DNA of 64,000 nt from Antedon mediterranea (taxonomy: Eukaryota; Animalia; Echinodermata). Location of the stretch: positions 6,656,101-6,720,100 of the forward strand of contig NC_092677.1 of the NCBI RefSeq assembly GCF_964355755.1. Direction: 5' to 3'. The position numbers were made by a program, and so were the translations under genes. Below are positions 50,061 to 63,742 of the stretch, piece by piece. Positions within the stretch are counted from its first letter, which is position 1, and every line of letters starts with the position of its first letter. Below the pieces are notes generated by a model. That model ran no database searches. It had not been told where the DNA came from and saw only the letters and a program-made list of their open reading frames with translations.

Positions 50061-52791
50061 TCATGCATTTCCAGCGTATACGCCACCACGGTCAACCTGT
50101 TCCACTAGAGCTTGGATGTTAGTATCAAATAAATCGCACCTGTTTAAACAATGAGTAAACAAACTTTAATATAAACATAATGCTTGAACTAAATGCTAAA
50201 CATGATCTTTTCAATGTTTATTTGCTAATAATAATGTATTCTACATTTGTATTTACATTAAATGTCATCATTATTACATTATGACAATTAGATGACCTAT
50301 CATAATAAGTTTAGCATGATGATAAAGATAAACCGTTAAATAGAAATCATGTTATGATCTAGTTATGAAGGCTGGGCCTTAGCTATTGTGTGCTTTTTGT
50401 CTTATTATGTCTAAGCTTTATTTTTACAACCCTTTGTATGCAGGGAATATTTTCATTCAAAATTTGTGCATAGCCATAATGGCTAATTAAAATATAAATT
50501 GTTTAGTCAACATTTTGTTAACAGATTTGACGCGTTAAACTGATTTGATTAGAAATCGGGACAGGTTTAGAGGTATGGTACAGAGGTATGGTACTAATTA
50601 TATGCCTGAACTAGCTTAGATTTGGGCTTTAAGCAGGGCTAGAATTGCCCAATTTTGCGTTATAGTTCTGCATTTGGATCGCAACTTCTGTTTATTGTGT
50701 AGCCATTGGCGTTTCTGATGAAAATGATGGTATGTGCTATTTTGTACAGAATACCATGTTGAATACATTGCTGTCAAACAATGATTATCAATGGTACATA
50801 TAGAGACTTACCTAATTGGCATATCAACGGAATAAAATGGATTTTTTAGAGCATAATCTGCGTAAATTTCATAAATTTTTTTTAACAGAGTGTCAATACC
50901 AGTCTGCTTGGGGTCTGTTAATAAAATAAATTTGATTCCTGCAAAAAAATACAAGTTTATGATTTTATTAGTGAGTGTAGTTTGAAGCTTGTCTACACTA
51001 TCAAACTTTATGTGACAACAAAATTGATGTGCCCATATATATGAACATGATGTGTGTGTCATAGCACTACTATATTTGGGTATACAGGTATCAAACTAGT
51101 TTGATAGTTTATACAGAGCATAAGATCTGGATTCAAATCCTGTTTATGGCCATTGTGTTATGAGAAAAAAATCTTTCAAAAAGTCAAGACATTTAATCAT
51201 TTCTTGGGGAGAAGACGGACGGAGTAATGATACATCCAAATTCTTTTTAAAATTTGATTACAAATATGTTGAAACTTCCACAAAATACCTGTTAGTGTTT
51301 GGAAACAATGCAGTTTAAATGTATCTGTTTCAAGGCATTCAATCCCGGATGACCTTTGTTCTGGTGAAAGCTGACAACCAATAGCATACAACCTACAGAG
51401 AAACTTTTGTTGTTTTAATTTGGATAAAAATGTTAGTAATAGATTAAAAACTCGGATAATTTAATGGCTGCTTTTCATCATAGTAGTTAATTGCATTTTA
51501 TATTATCTGACAGTTTACTTAAAGATGTATTGTCCCTTGAAACACGAAAAAAGAAAAATTGATTGGCCATATCAAAGTTATTCACTTTAAGTCGAAACTT
51601 CGAGGCAAAAACAACAAGTTTACGTAATTAACAGGTAAATTAATTTGATTACATTTCGTTTGGAAAATCGTCACGAGCGAAAGTAAACAAAGATTTTAAA
51701 CCACGAGTATGCATTATGCATGATGCTAATTAGGATTGTTTACAACTCGTCGCGGTTGAGAAGGTGTTTTCACACAAATCGAGAGGAAGTTTTATGATTA
51801 TGCATACAGAGTAGCCAAACAAGCGCATTGCATTATGAGATATGTTTTGATCGAAAACTTTGACTGGAAGTAAAAGTTATTTTTTGAAAAAAACAAACGT
51901 CCGTATTTCGGTTACATTAATTTTTTTTCAACAAATTTTTGGTGAAAGTTAATAACTATTATGATACTTCAAAATGACCCACTTTTTTTCGAAATATAAA
52001 AAAAAAATTTTTTTAAATACAATACATCTTTAAAGGTTTCCTGGTTACTTACGAATGAAACATAGAAGCTAGCATAATTCTTTCATTTGTTGATAATTTC
52101 GGACGACCAAACTTGATTGCAATTGGATAATTCTCAGGATTTGCGACAACTTCTAGAATATCTCGTCCATCCTCCAACTGCCTTCCTTTAGCTGGCATTC
52201 CATTGATTGCCAACACCGTGTGACCAACTATAAAGACATACATTAATAAGAATTACTTAGTTATTGAGTTAATTATTTTTTATATTAAAAAATAAAAACA
52301 ATTACCTACCTAACAGTAGGCCTACTAGCCTACTACACACAGCAGTCACACACACACACAGGTACTAGCTAGGCCTATTCTTTTTTTTAATCAAATAAGA
52401 AAAAATATTATTTCACATAATAAGCATCATGCTCTTATGCCTCCTGTAAAGCTAGATCTACAAGTCCTAGACTAGTACAATATGCCTAGGCCTAGAATAA
52501 AATGCTAGGCCTAGTCCTGAGCCTGACTGACAGCCCTCCCCGCCGGACCCTACCCTCTCAATCGCAAAAGACTGTCTCTAAAAAATAGAGGCCTAGCTAG
52601 TAGTAGTAGGACCTACCTTTGATTCCATCTCTTTGGCCAAACGAAACCACCATTCGTTCGTCATAATGTTTCAGAGTAGGTTCTAAAGGAAATCCAAATG
52701 TCTTTTCTACCTCAGTTTTTGGCTGAGTAAAGTCTGCTTGGTAAATTAAACCCCCAGCTCGATTTACAACGTAAACACTAAAGATCGCCAT
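50061..52791 (-). CDS. TRAPPC4: Trafficking protein particle complex subunit 4 (synbindin/Trs23), 219 aa
   Basis: Exons 52791-52617 (175 nt), 52227-52053 (175), 51392-51289 (104), 50938-50812 (127), 50139-50061 (79). [17 protein letters not shown]...LASMFHS...[24 protein letters not shown]...KNPFYS.DMPIRCDLFD. Confidence 0.96.
50986..51120. mobile_element. Palindromic Harbinger-like MITE in a TRAPPC4 intron
   Basis: AGCTTGTCTACACTATCAAACT...AGTTTGATAGTTTATACAGAGCA. Confidence 0.75.
51519..52033. mobile_element. Kolobok-like MITE, long subfamily
   Basis: TTAA-AGATGTATTGTCCC...ACAATACATCT-TTAA. Inverted homolog of 31540-32067. Confidence 0.82.
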
Positions 52792-53832
52792 TTTTCGGAA
52801 AACGAAAGTGGTGGCGCTCTTTGCAAAACATTATTTAAAATAATTCCAAGAAAAGTCAAGTGAAGACGAAAACGAATGATCCACCAAAAGTAGTAAACTT
52901 TCAATAAAAGTAAGTAAAAATCGACTTTAGCTAAACATTTGATGTTTCTTAATAATTTAAAGTGATCGTGAAATATTATAGGGGGCTTGGCCTAGGTGTG
53001 TGATTTCTAAGTTCATCACAAGAAGCTAGGCCAGCCCAAGAGTTTTCTTTCACTTGTTTTGTTCCTTTTAGCTGCTGACCGGCGAAAAAGGCGCATATCA
53101 CCAGGGGTGGGGATGTGTTTCTCCATGTGGAGTAATATTTCTAAGTGCCTAGCTAGGTTCTAACTCCTCTTCATTCACATTCGTATTTTTTTAGTTAAAT
53201 TTAATTAAATGAAAAAAAACAAGATACTTTCCCAGCTAATAATTGACATTGAATGTGACAGTCTACTACTACTACTAGGCCTAGGTGGATGATTGCAGAA
53301 GCAAAAGCAAAACAATAGCAGGTCACTTTTATTTATTAATCAACTTATTTTTCACATTTTTACTTCTTATCACAATAGGCACATTCTTTATTTTTACATC
53401 AAAAATCAAATGCAGTAATTAGATTACACAAATATAGGGAAAGTATTGAAAACAATTTATGGTATGGTGGTTATGAAAAAAATGTACAAAAAAGAACATG
53501 TGGAAAATTAATTAAATTAGAGCATGTTAATATTAAATAACATGTTATCATAAAAACCTGTAATGTATTGTAACCAACCCCTACAAAATAGAATACTGAA
53601 AATGTATTGTGTTAAAAAATGCCCATCTTATATACTGTACACTGGTTCTTTGCTTTATTTCCAACCAGTACAATTGTTGTTTTGATGAATTGGCTTTCTT
53701 TCATTCTGAATGATTTTGTTGTTTGGTGAAGAATGTCACATTGTTATTGGATTCCTTTGTCATTCATTATTTTACTTTAATCAATAATAAAATGACATTG
53801 AATTACTTTTAAACATTTTAACTATAAATAGT

Positions 53833-54364
53833 TGATGTATTGTCACCCTGAAAAAATTATTTTAACAAATTTTTTGTTGAATGCCATTTTAATGTAACAT
53901 AATATTTATCAACTTTGACCAAAAATTGGATGGAAAGAAAATGTATTTAACTGAAAAAACTTTAATATATTTAAAAGCAAAAAATGGTCAAATTGGCTGC
54001 CAGCCAATGGGTTTTTAGTTGAATTTAACCATTTATCTTTTAACACAATACATTTTCAGTATTCTATTTTTTAGGGGTTGGTTACAATACATTACAGGTT
54101 TTTATGATAACATGTTATTAACATGCTCCAATTTAATTAATTTTCCACATGTTCTTTTTTGTACATTTTTTTCATAACCACCATACCATGAATTGTTTTC
54201 AATACTTTCCCTATATTTATCATTTTAAAAGTGAAAACATAATTTTTTTTCTATTTTTTTCTGCGGAAGTGATTCAATTTATTAAAACTACAAAATAACA
54301 TAATCAAAATCTGATTTAATTAATCTTCAGTTTTCATGTTTTTTGGGGGACAATACATCTTTAA
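53833..54364. mobile_element. Kolobok-like MITE (short subfamily) carrying a captured 180-bp flank copy
   Basis: GATGTATTGTCACCC...GGGGACAATACATCT-TTAA. Insert 54038-54218 is the reverse complement of 53430-53617. Confidence 0.8.
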
Positions 54365-57247
54365 ATTTGTATTTTTAAAATTATATCTACAGTAGACTGT
54401 AATTATAGTTCTAATTGTTATATTTTCATTGTTGTACAGGTAGTTGAATTTAACTAAATATTCCACAATATTATTTTAAATTTGTTTTAATTTTAAAAAA
54501 GGTTTTGTTTTATGTTCTAAAACTTAAAAAACAGTTTAAAAAAAATAATAATAGTAGAATTAGCATTCAACTAGTATTAGTAAGGCTAAAAGTGAATAAA
54601 ATATTTAACAACATATCCATCAGTACTGTATGTAGTACTCGGACTGTACTATAGTATTATTTGCCAAGTGTTACTGTTAGCAAATATTTTGGTAATATGG
54701 TAGATAAAATTGTGTATATTAGACTTAAAGTTTTAAATCTATCGCAATAATCTCTAGATTTAGCTAGTCAATTCCAGAATACAAAAATCCTAAAACAAAA
54801 TTAAGATGATTTTTTGCTAAATAAATTTAATACTAAAACCAAAACCCAGGCTAATATAATACCGTGTATTGATATTGATCCATATCTCGGCCTTGTAACT
54901 AGTTCTACAGCATGCATGTAGTGGTTGTTGACTTCTTGTGATAAAATTGATTGATTTCGCTAGATATGTTTGTTTAACTTTTGATTAACCACTTATAATT
55001 TTAACAGAAGTACTTGAGTTGATAATTCGTCAGTCATACACATCGATTGTTTACTCACTCACAAGTCATTTTGTAAATTCAAAGAAATAAAACCAATTTT
55101 TTAATGTTAATTAAATAAACCTGATTTGTCTTAGGAAGGGACACACCTATTTAAAGCACAGCAATTTTTCTTGAAAAAAATACAAATAGTAATTAGTAAA
55201 AGAGTTCATATATAGCTCCAAAATGTGATGAGGGAAGGGACAATTCATTTTTATTGACCTTGGAAAAGGAAATCATATTTGCTGCCATCGTACAGATGAT
55301 TCAAGAAAGTACACGCCATTTTAATCACCATTCTCTCTTTAACTTTCATTATGCTATACTATTGGTCACATGTTTAGTATGTTACATAAATTATAATTCA
55401 CTATAACCTTTGAATTTCCTTTCATGTAGCCAACTGCTTGATTACCAAGTGTGCAAGCTGCAATATTCTACCAGTCAAGCTTATCAGCTTGGGAAATGGC
55501 AATCAGGACCAAGCTGATGACTTCCTGTAAATGACAAAAACATTTAAAACTAAAAGAAATTTGCCGCTTTTTTCAGTGTGTTGTTGCAGTAGAGAAGCCT
55601 TGTTATTTCTCTCCAGAGCTGTGCTCTCTGGAATAAAATAAGGCACCATGATTTCGCTTGATTACGGAGTTTGTACGACTTTGATCAAAGTTGTATTACC
55701 GATATTTCTACTTGCAAGTAAGTTTTTTTAAAACTACTGTAGATAATGTAATTTGCATAGCCTTTTAACTTAATATGCAAAATTTAAACAAAGAAATAGG
55801 GAATGATAAATAATGTTAATGTTTAATCTTGGAGATTTGTTTTCTATTTCTATACATTTATTTGTTTGCATATTTATTTGTAATGTAATGTACATATCAA
55901 TTGATAAAACTTTCTTACCAGAGATTAAATACTGTAAACTTGTTAATTTTGGTATAATAAGGTAATTTTAATTTTTTTATGTTTGTTTTTTTTTTAAACT
56001 TTAATTAAAATGTACTGTGCAGGCTCTGAAAAAAAGACTGTAGTTCTCTTACATTACAATGGATTGGTATAGTATTGGTACAGTAGGCTAGGTTATTATT
56101 ATATTATATAGGCTACTGTATAGCCTAGACAACATTTTCTAAAAGCAATCAGAGGCTATTGTCAATTGGACTTTTTTTATTTTTACATTTAAATTAGATC
56201 ACATTATTCCTGATCACTTGCTAATGATATGGTACTGTACAGTACATCATACTTATTTGCTAAAATAGTTTCCAAATTTAATAGGAGAGCAAAATAGAGT
56301 TCAAAGGAATGTTAACAATAATTAATACATGATCAAAAAACAAATAAGAAAATTTACAGTATCCTTGTTGAATAAAAGCCAAACTTTCACTTTCTGCACA
56401 TTATCAGCTACTACTGTAGTACAATGTTCAAACGAAAACCACCAATGTTTATTTACTTCCTTCGTAATATTCTCCTACATGGTTTTAAAGCACAGAATAA
56501 ACATTGAAAATATCTATTGCAATTGACACACTCCTTATTAGAAAGAATTATTCGTCCAGTGGTAGATTTTTTATTTAATATTTTCCATTTTGGAAAATGC
56601 AAAAATTGGTTTGCCATTCAAACTAATGCTATTTTGATATTACGATCATTCGCAAAATCTATGCTGTTTTTCAACCACAGGAAAGAATTGTTTTTGTATG
56701 TTTTAAACTACTGTACTTAACTCATAAATTGTGAACATTATACATTTTTAAATTCTTTTAAATTATTTAATATTATGGTAAATAGCAAATTCTGATCAGT
56801 TTCAACGTTTTTTAAGAACCACGCATACGTTTTAAAAATTATTTAAATACTTTATATTATTAATTTATATTTGAAACAAATAATTGAAAGACAGAAGTGT
56901 GTTGAACTATTTTTAAAATACCTTCAGAATATTTAGCATTCAAATCTTTTAAAGTTGTAACACCAATAACCAAGGCTACTGTAGCTCCAAATATGTGTTC
57001 ACTCAGGTATATCATGATTGGTTCAGTGGGTTTGAATGCAAACAGGTTTGCAGTTTACTTTCAAACCAATTGGGCTAAAAGAATCTTTGTTGGATAACCA
57101 ATTGTGAATCCATTGCTTGCGTGTGGGACATTATAGAATTACTGTAATATTTTAACTATTGTGATGCGGTTTAGTATAAAAATATTAAAAGCAGTAATTA
57201 ACACTGTGAAACATGAGATTAAAAGTATAAGTACTGACTCTTAATTA

Positions 57248-58384
57248 AGCTCAGTTTACTCTATGGCCCTGTTTCTGCTGCCAATCCCAAATATACCGTA
57301 TAAATATACCGTATAAATATACCGTATAAATATACCGTATATATACCGTATATGAAATTCGTGCACCGTTTCCGCTGCACATACTTCGTGGGTGGGCTGT
57401 AAAAAAAGTTGGCTTTCATATACCCAAAATGCATTTTGTGAGACGGAAGTATGGATTGACCTAGAGTCTCGTGTAGTGAGGTTACATGACAAAAACAAAA
57501 CAATTATGGTTTCTCAAAACGTCTTAGCATTGCTTTCTATTTTAAATCTAATGATCAGAAGTGGCAACGAATTTACATCGCACAAACAATCTAGAAATGT
57601 AGAATGGGCATTGACTACATTTATGCAAAGAAGACGACGGCGTTTGCCGATAACTTTGGCGTTATTAAGTCTACCACAAATTCTGCTTTTATTTTGTTTG
57701 AGATACTTTTGTAAATCTCGGTATCTCTTCTGTTGCCATGTAGTCTCCCCCAACCTTCGCTTCTCCCCACAATTGAATTGCAAAAATAGTTATTTCTTCA
57801 GTCCACAGTGATATTTTGATCTGTTGCTTGCTTATTATACACGCGTGTGTCAATGCAGCAGAAAAACCCAAACAAACGCGTCACGCTCTGTTAGTTTTTG
57901 ACCTCGTGTCATGGGCCGGGTCACATATACGGTATATTTTGAGTGCAGCAGAAACGGGGTACGAAATATACGGTATATTTTGGAATATACCGTATAATAT
58001 CCACAAACGATGGGGATATTTATGCGGTATATATACCGCATATATATACGGTATATTTTTTATGAGACCCATTTCTGCTGCCAAAAAATATACCGTATAT
58101 AAAATATACCGTATATATACGGTATATTTTTGGCAGCAGAAACGGGGCCTATCAAACTTTATCTGACAAAAAATGTGATGTAGTGTACACACACATTTAT
58201 TTAAAACACTCCAAGAGAAAAAAAAAAGAAGCATACATTTACAATAAGTTAAATTGTAACAATAATAATAGGAGCAGCTGTTTCAGGACATGATTACATC
58301 ACTAGTATCTTTAAGTATAATATTACTACCATATTTGGGCACATCAGAACCTTTGTTAACTAGTTTGATAGTGTAGACAGGGCT
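57248..58384. mobile_element. Palindromic Harbinger-like MITE hosting a nested element
   Basis: TTA-AGCTCAGTTTACTCTAT [insert] TATCAAACTTTATCTGACAAAAAATGTGATGT...AGTTTGATAGTGTAGACAGGGCT-TTA. Confidence 0.75.
57265..58149. mobile_element. 885-bp non-autonomous PIF/Harbinger-like element
   Basis: TIR GGCCCYGTTTCTGCTGCCAA, 3-bp TSD TAT, and subterminal arrays of ATATACCGTATA in both orientations. Confidence 0.85.
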
Positions 58385-61020
58385 TTAGAGATCATGCCGA
58401 AATTATTTTATCACAGCTGTCAGTGTCAGCTATACTGTATTACCAAGACATTTTTTACTGCAATAAAATATTATAGTGTTTTTCAATTATGTAAAAGTTT
58501 ATGATCCAGTCACTGCAACAGCATATGTATGATTGCCGTAAACAAGCTTTCTATTTTATCGGGTTGAAGAGCAAACAAATATAGTTACGGCAGTAACTGC
58601 AGTAAATATATAACATTTGACATGTGGTCCATTTTTGTTTGAGTGAAGAATAGCAAATGATACTGATAGTCACTGTCACACTTGTTATTCTGTTGTTTTT
58701 TTTTCATTCACTTCATTCAAGCACAAGGCTTACAAAATTCAATAACCAACAATATAACCTTTGTCTAAGTAAACATAGAATACTGTACATAGAACCTATT
58801 ATGTCCATTAATAGTCCCTTGATATGTGTAATATAAATATTTGTTATAAGCCTCAATCAAAGCCTGAGAATGACTCCCATACTGTAGGTTCAAAACATCA
58901 TCCTTTTTTAAAAGTTATTTTTCTTTTAGTTATTTATATATTAATCTCATTTCTTAGTCTACAATAGTTACAAAACATACTGCTATTAATATTTGGTATA
59001 ATTCATCATATTTATAGCATTTTTTTGGGGGAAACCGTTTTCGCATGGGAAGCTGTAAATTACGCAATTAACTTTGTTTAGGGAACTCCTTCCTTTCCAC
59101 AATATTGCTGCAGAACTCTCTACAAATTGATTTAAAGTGCCTGGCAATTCAGCCTAATTTAAGAGTGAGCCATCTAGAGTTTATTAATACATAGAGTTAG
59201 ATACTGCAGTACTGAAACGTATACCGGTACCTTACTAAAATGTGTAACTGTGGCTTGGCAACTGTAAACAAAACCATGCCAACTTAAACCATGGAAATAA
59301 GTCCATGCATTATGCTATGCTTAAACATTTAAGCCATGCTTAAACCACCTGAAACCAAAATGAACAGTACTTTTCAATTACAATACAAATAAACGATATT
59401 TTTCTCCAATTAATTACTGCTAATTTACACCTACATTCATTTTTATTTCATTTTTAACAATTAAATTGACTGTAATAAAGACAACTGTATTTGATTTGAC
59501 TTCAAATAAGTATGTTTCAACCAAGCATTTTGACAGAAAGTACTATCTTCAATTTATTGAACCATGACACTATAAAAATCCATGATTCACATTCAACAAA
59601 TTCAATTGTGTTTCTATAGAAAGGTGAAAGTCTTTTTACCAAAGTACTTTTTTAATGCCCTGCATTACAGATGGTTCAAAGTGTACAGAGTTTACCTTAG
59701 AAAAAGAAAAAACACATTCCAACTCTTTTTCCAAAATGTGGTTGGTTGAGCTGGGTACTGTACTGTACTGTATCAAGTCATTTTATTTTAGAATATCGAT
59801 GGATTAAACAACAAATTAATCAATCAATCAATCAATTTTATGAACATTAGTAAACACAGGCCTGGAACATACTGTACTGTATATTGTACTGTACATAACG
59901 GTAATTAAATGCAACTAAATAAACTTGTTAATGCATTAAGTATCAAAACATTTATAATTGTTTAGACTTTGCACTCATTAATTTAATAATTAACCTCGCT
60001 TTTGATTGTTATCAAATGTAGACCCTGGAAGGTTATTAGCCCGAGAGTATCATTGGCCGGATTGTGTGGACTTTGTATAAAACGAGATCGTACCATTCTC
60101 AGCTCACTATTTATACGATGACATTTAATTAATCAATCTTGTAAATTGAAATCTATTTAAGCTGAAAAATATTTAATTGCAAAGTGTGTATATCCACATT
60201 GTATAGACTGCTACAGTGAGTTTGTTTATTTAGTGGTTAAAGGAAGTGTGTGTTGTACTGTAGCTCTTCTTAGCATTGTTTTACTGTGTTCATGTACAGT
60301 GCACATCTGTTTGTAAGCACTTTCTTTGCTAACTGAACTTATTACAGAGGCATTACAGAGGCGGTACAGTATATCATTATCATCATTAACAAATGATAAT
60401 CACTAGGGAAGTGTTTATTAAGTAAACAGAGTTATTTAACTAATAGATAATTGTGGTACAGCAGAGTCAAATACTGTGTAGTCATCGGAAGACATGGTGC
60501 AGTAAGCAGTGGGCTTCCTTGCCCTAGAATTGGTAGAAGTTTTTACATACTGTCTTACCACTGGAGAATTCCTCCATGCTCTTACTTACACATATGAAAG
60601 CTATGGAATTATACTTTGACATGCATTTGGTGTTGGGTTTCAAGACAATGCTTTTGAGGAATTAAACAGATGTTGTATGGCTTTTCTTGAACTGAGTCAA
60701 AGCTATGATTAAATAAATTCTACTGTTGTACTCTATCAGCATTTATCTTCACATACTGTGCAACTCTTGACTGTCACCACTATGTTCCAGTAAACTCTGT
60801 GTATTTTATTTGAATCTTTAGTGAAGGGTCAAGTATTTCAGTGATTTACTAGTTTATATTACAACAAGTGACCTATCTACATTTTTCCTATCTCAATTGA
60901 ACTTTGCACAAATCTGCTATGTTATCTCTGGCTGATAGATGAGGAGTGGTTAATATTGGAATTTCCATTTTCCACTAGTCTTGCTGATCTCAATACTATT
61001 CCTTAACTTATTTACTTATT

Positions 61021-61618
61021 ATGTCATCTTATGTTAAATTGGAGGAAGAAAACGAAATGGAACAAGGAGAAGTAAAAAGGCGTGAGAATAGTAGTAATCT
61101 ACCCCGACCTCAACATTTAAACTTGCCTGGTTCCCAACCAGTACCTCAAGAAGTAATCGTTCCAGATAAGTCGGTATTCATGGATAATGTTCCTCTTGAC
61201 AAGGAATCTGTAGAGATTAATATGTTACCTGAACCACAACCAAATAATATCGCTAATTCCAGTCAGAATGGTTATCCTGAAACTCCCTCTAGGAACAATT
61301 TAACAACCAATACGCCCCTCCGACGGCCATCTTCTCTGCGTCAATCATCCCGTCCAAGGCAGATTTCAGAATCTACCTCACGTCCACGTTCCATGGGAAG
61401 CTTTGTGGATAGCAGAGAACGGACAACATCGATTAACATTTCTGATCTGCCTTTCAAAGAACTCTGGAAAGAGACGAAAACTTTGATTAAAAAGCGCTGG
61501 CATTATTATAAAGGCGGAACACAGAGCACTTATAAGTCTGCTAAGAATTGGCTATATTCAAAATTATTCGCAATGTGGCTTTTATTCAAGATTCTTCTTC
61601 CGCTCTTTCTACTTGTTA
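61021..61618 (+). CDS. First coding exon of an unidentified membrane protein (long disordered N-terminus, then a hydrophobic segment)
   Basis: Long, codon-like ORF. Pro/Ser/Arg-rich N-terminus, then LFAMWLLFKILLPLFLLV and a gtaagt donor at 61619 (phase 1). Downstream exons not found in the window. Confidence 0.7.
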
Positions 61619-62591
61619 GTAAGTACTGTACATATTTATACTTTTTGACAGGCCTTATTAAATGTGCCTAAACACTCAGTTTATATAGTGTACTAACTGT
61701 ATATAAATTGTTAGTTTTATTCTCTATGCTCTCTATACTATGTATCTAAATGTACGTCTCCATGTTGTTTCCTCTACATCTCTCTATATATTATTTACCT
61801 CAATACCTGTATGAGTATAATGTTCCATATTCTATTAGAGTTTTACATGTCCACAGTACTGTATTAAGCTATAATAGACTTTGATATCAAGCTACAGTAC
61901 GGTACCATAGAATTAATGCCCAGCTTTTAAAATTAATTAATGCAGGTATACAGTAAGGCCAAATTGAACACTCCGGTACTATATTACATTACTAGAAATT
62001 ATTATATTAAAAAAAAATGTTTGTATTGATTATAAACTGGAACTTTTGAAGTACTGTATTTGATTAATAATATAATTGACTCAGACTGATAAATGTAAAC
62101 ATAAATTCTATAAGCAAACGCACGTTGGTATCATGCTCGTTAGTTATGAAGGAAAAAATAAATATTACTTTGCACCATGGTAGTCTATAAACAGTATGTA
62201 CAATAACTACCAGTGTAATATTTATATGTTCAGCAAGTGTAAATTCTGGCTAACAGCATCTGTTTTATTTCTATTGCATAATTGACTGTTGAAGGAGCAG
62301 TGATATCTTCACACTGCTGTGTACTCTCAGTAGCAAAGAATTTTAATAGCTATTAATAGAGATCATGTGTATCATTTATTAGTTATTAGTTAATCATCAC
62401 ATTTGTGATTCAAATAAGATTTATTTGGTTCTTATGTTATGGAAACGCATGTAATAGGCTCATCAAAATAACATAACAGTATACAAATAATGAGGTTTTC
62501 ACCCAAATAACTGGTTGAATGGCATTTCAAATACATTCAACATTAGTTGTTTTCAACTATTATTATGAGGAAATGTCAGTTACTTACTGGT

Positions 62592-62997
62592 TACCGTATT
62601 TGAATAAACAACACCCCGCTTTGAAAGAACGCCCCTCTCGAATAAACGCCTCTATAGAACATAATTTGGAATCAACGCCCTCTTAGAATAAACGCCCCGG
62701 CACATGCATATACTGTACACACAAAATATTGTACAACGCATTTCTATTTGTAGTTACACTCATTGATTGATATGATCTACAATTTTCCAAGCATTTTGAT
62801 ACAATTTTTACTGTATTTTATAACTTCTTAATCTTAATATTGCATTGTATTTTTTCATCTAATCTAAGGGGTATTTATTTGATTATACATGTTACTACAG
62901 TATTAGAATTACATCCACAAAAATAAATGCCTCCCTCAAATAAAAAAGGTTTTTAAATTTTTCCTGTGTCTGTTGCAAAGAAATTGAGAATACTGTA
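62592..62997. mobile_element. Tc1/pogo-like MITE remnant
   Basis: TACCGTATT...AATACTGTA ends with repeated subterminal GAATAAACGCC motifs. Confidence 0.5.
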
Positions 62998-63519
62998 TTC
63001 GCATGGTTGAATCGATACTGCTGTATTGCATTGCATTTGCAGCTTTTATAACCAAATTTATCTTCTCATTTCGTTGTAAACTTGTCGTTCTTAAAATCAG
63101 ACTCAGATTGGTATCGGGTTTCTCGCGTCAAATTAGCTTTGATTGAAGACGTATCAAACGCATTCCTAATTGTAGGCTTCTGTATGCAGTATTTGATTGG
63201 ACAATCATTTTCAACATCAAGTCAATCATTTTATTCGTTAACGTCCATGTTTATTGGCATCGCGTTCTAATTGGATTCACATGTTACAAGTTAATAAATG
63301 TTTTCAGCGTCATTTCAAACTTAATTATAATCATTTATTACGAAGACTTGTCATGTCAGAATACTTCATCGTCGTGATACTACTGGAGTATCATTGAATA
63401 TGAATTGAGTTTTGCATTTAAATACCAAGTTTTTTTTAATTTATTTTATGTCTTTAGGCAATGTGAATTAATCACTGTCCTATCAGATAAGTGGTAATCT
63501 AATCTATTTTGTGAACCAG

Positions 63520-63742
63520 TTCACCGGGGTAACCCCCTACTCTTTTCGAATAATGAACTGGGTTCTTTAAAGTGCACACAGGTTATACTGTAACTGTGTA
63601 CACTGGACCTACGGTTTATAGTCCTTATCCGAGAAGACTTGTTCCATCACCAGAACTAGAAGCGAATCGGCCTCAAACCCTTGCCGATGTTGTTGGCTCT
63701 TTAGATACGGTAAACGGCGTCCCTGCCTTAACCGCTCGGCCA
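63520..63742 (-). mobile_element. tRNA-headed SINE with Deu-domain-like core
   Basis: Minus strand: A-box TGGCCGAGCGGTTAAGG, then GTCTTCTCGGATAAGGACTATAAACCGTAGGTCC...TTAAAGAACCC...AAGAGTAGGGGGTTACCCCGGTG, resembling the DeuSINE core. Confidence 0.65.

Noticed and set aside
57256-58234. Cluster of Tyr/Ile-rich ORFs on both strands
   Set aside because: They arise from the ATATACCGTATA subterminal repeats of a transposon.
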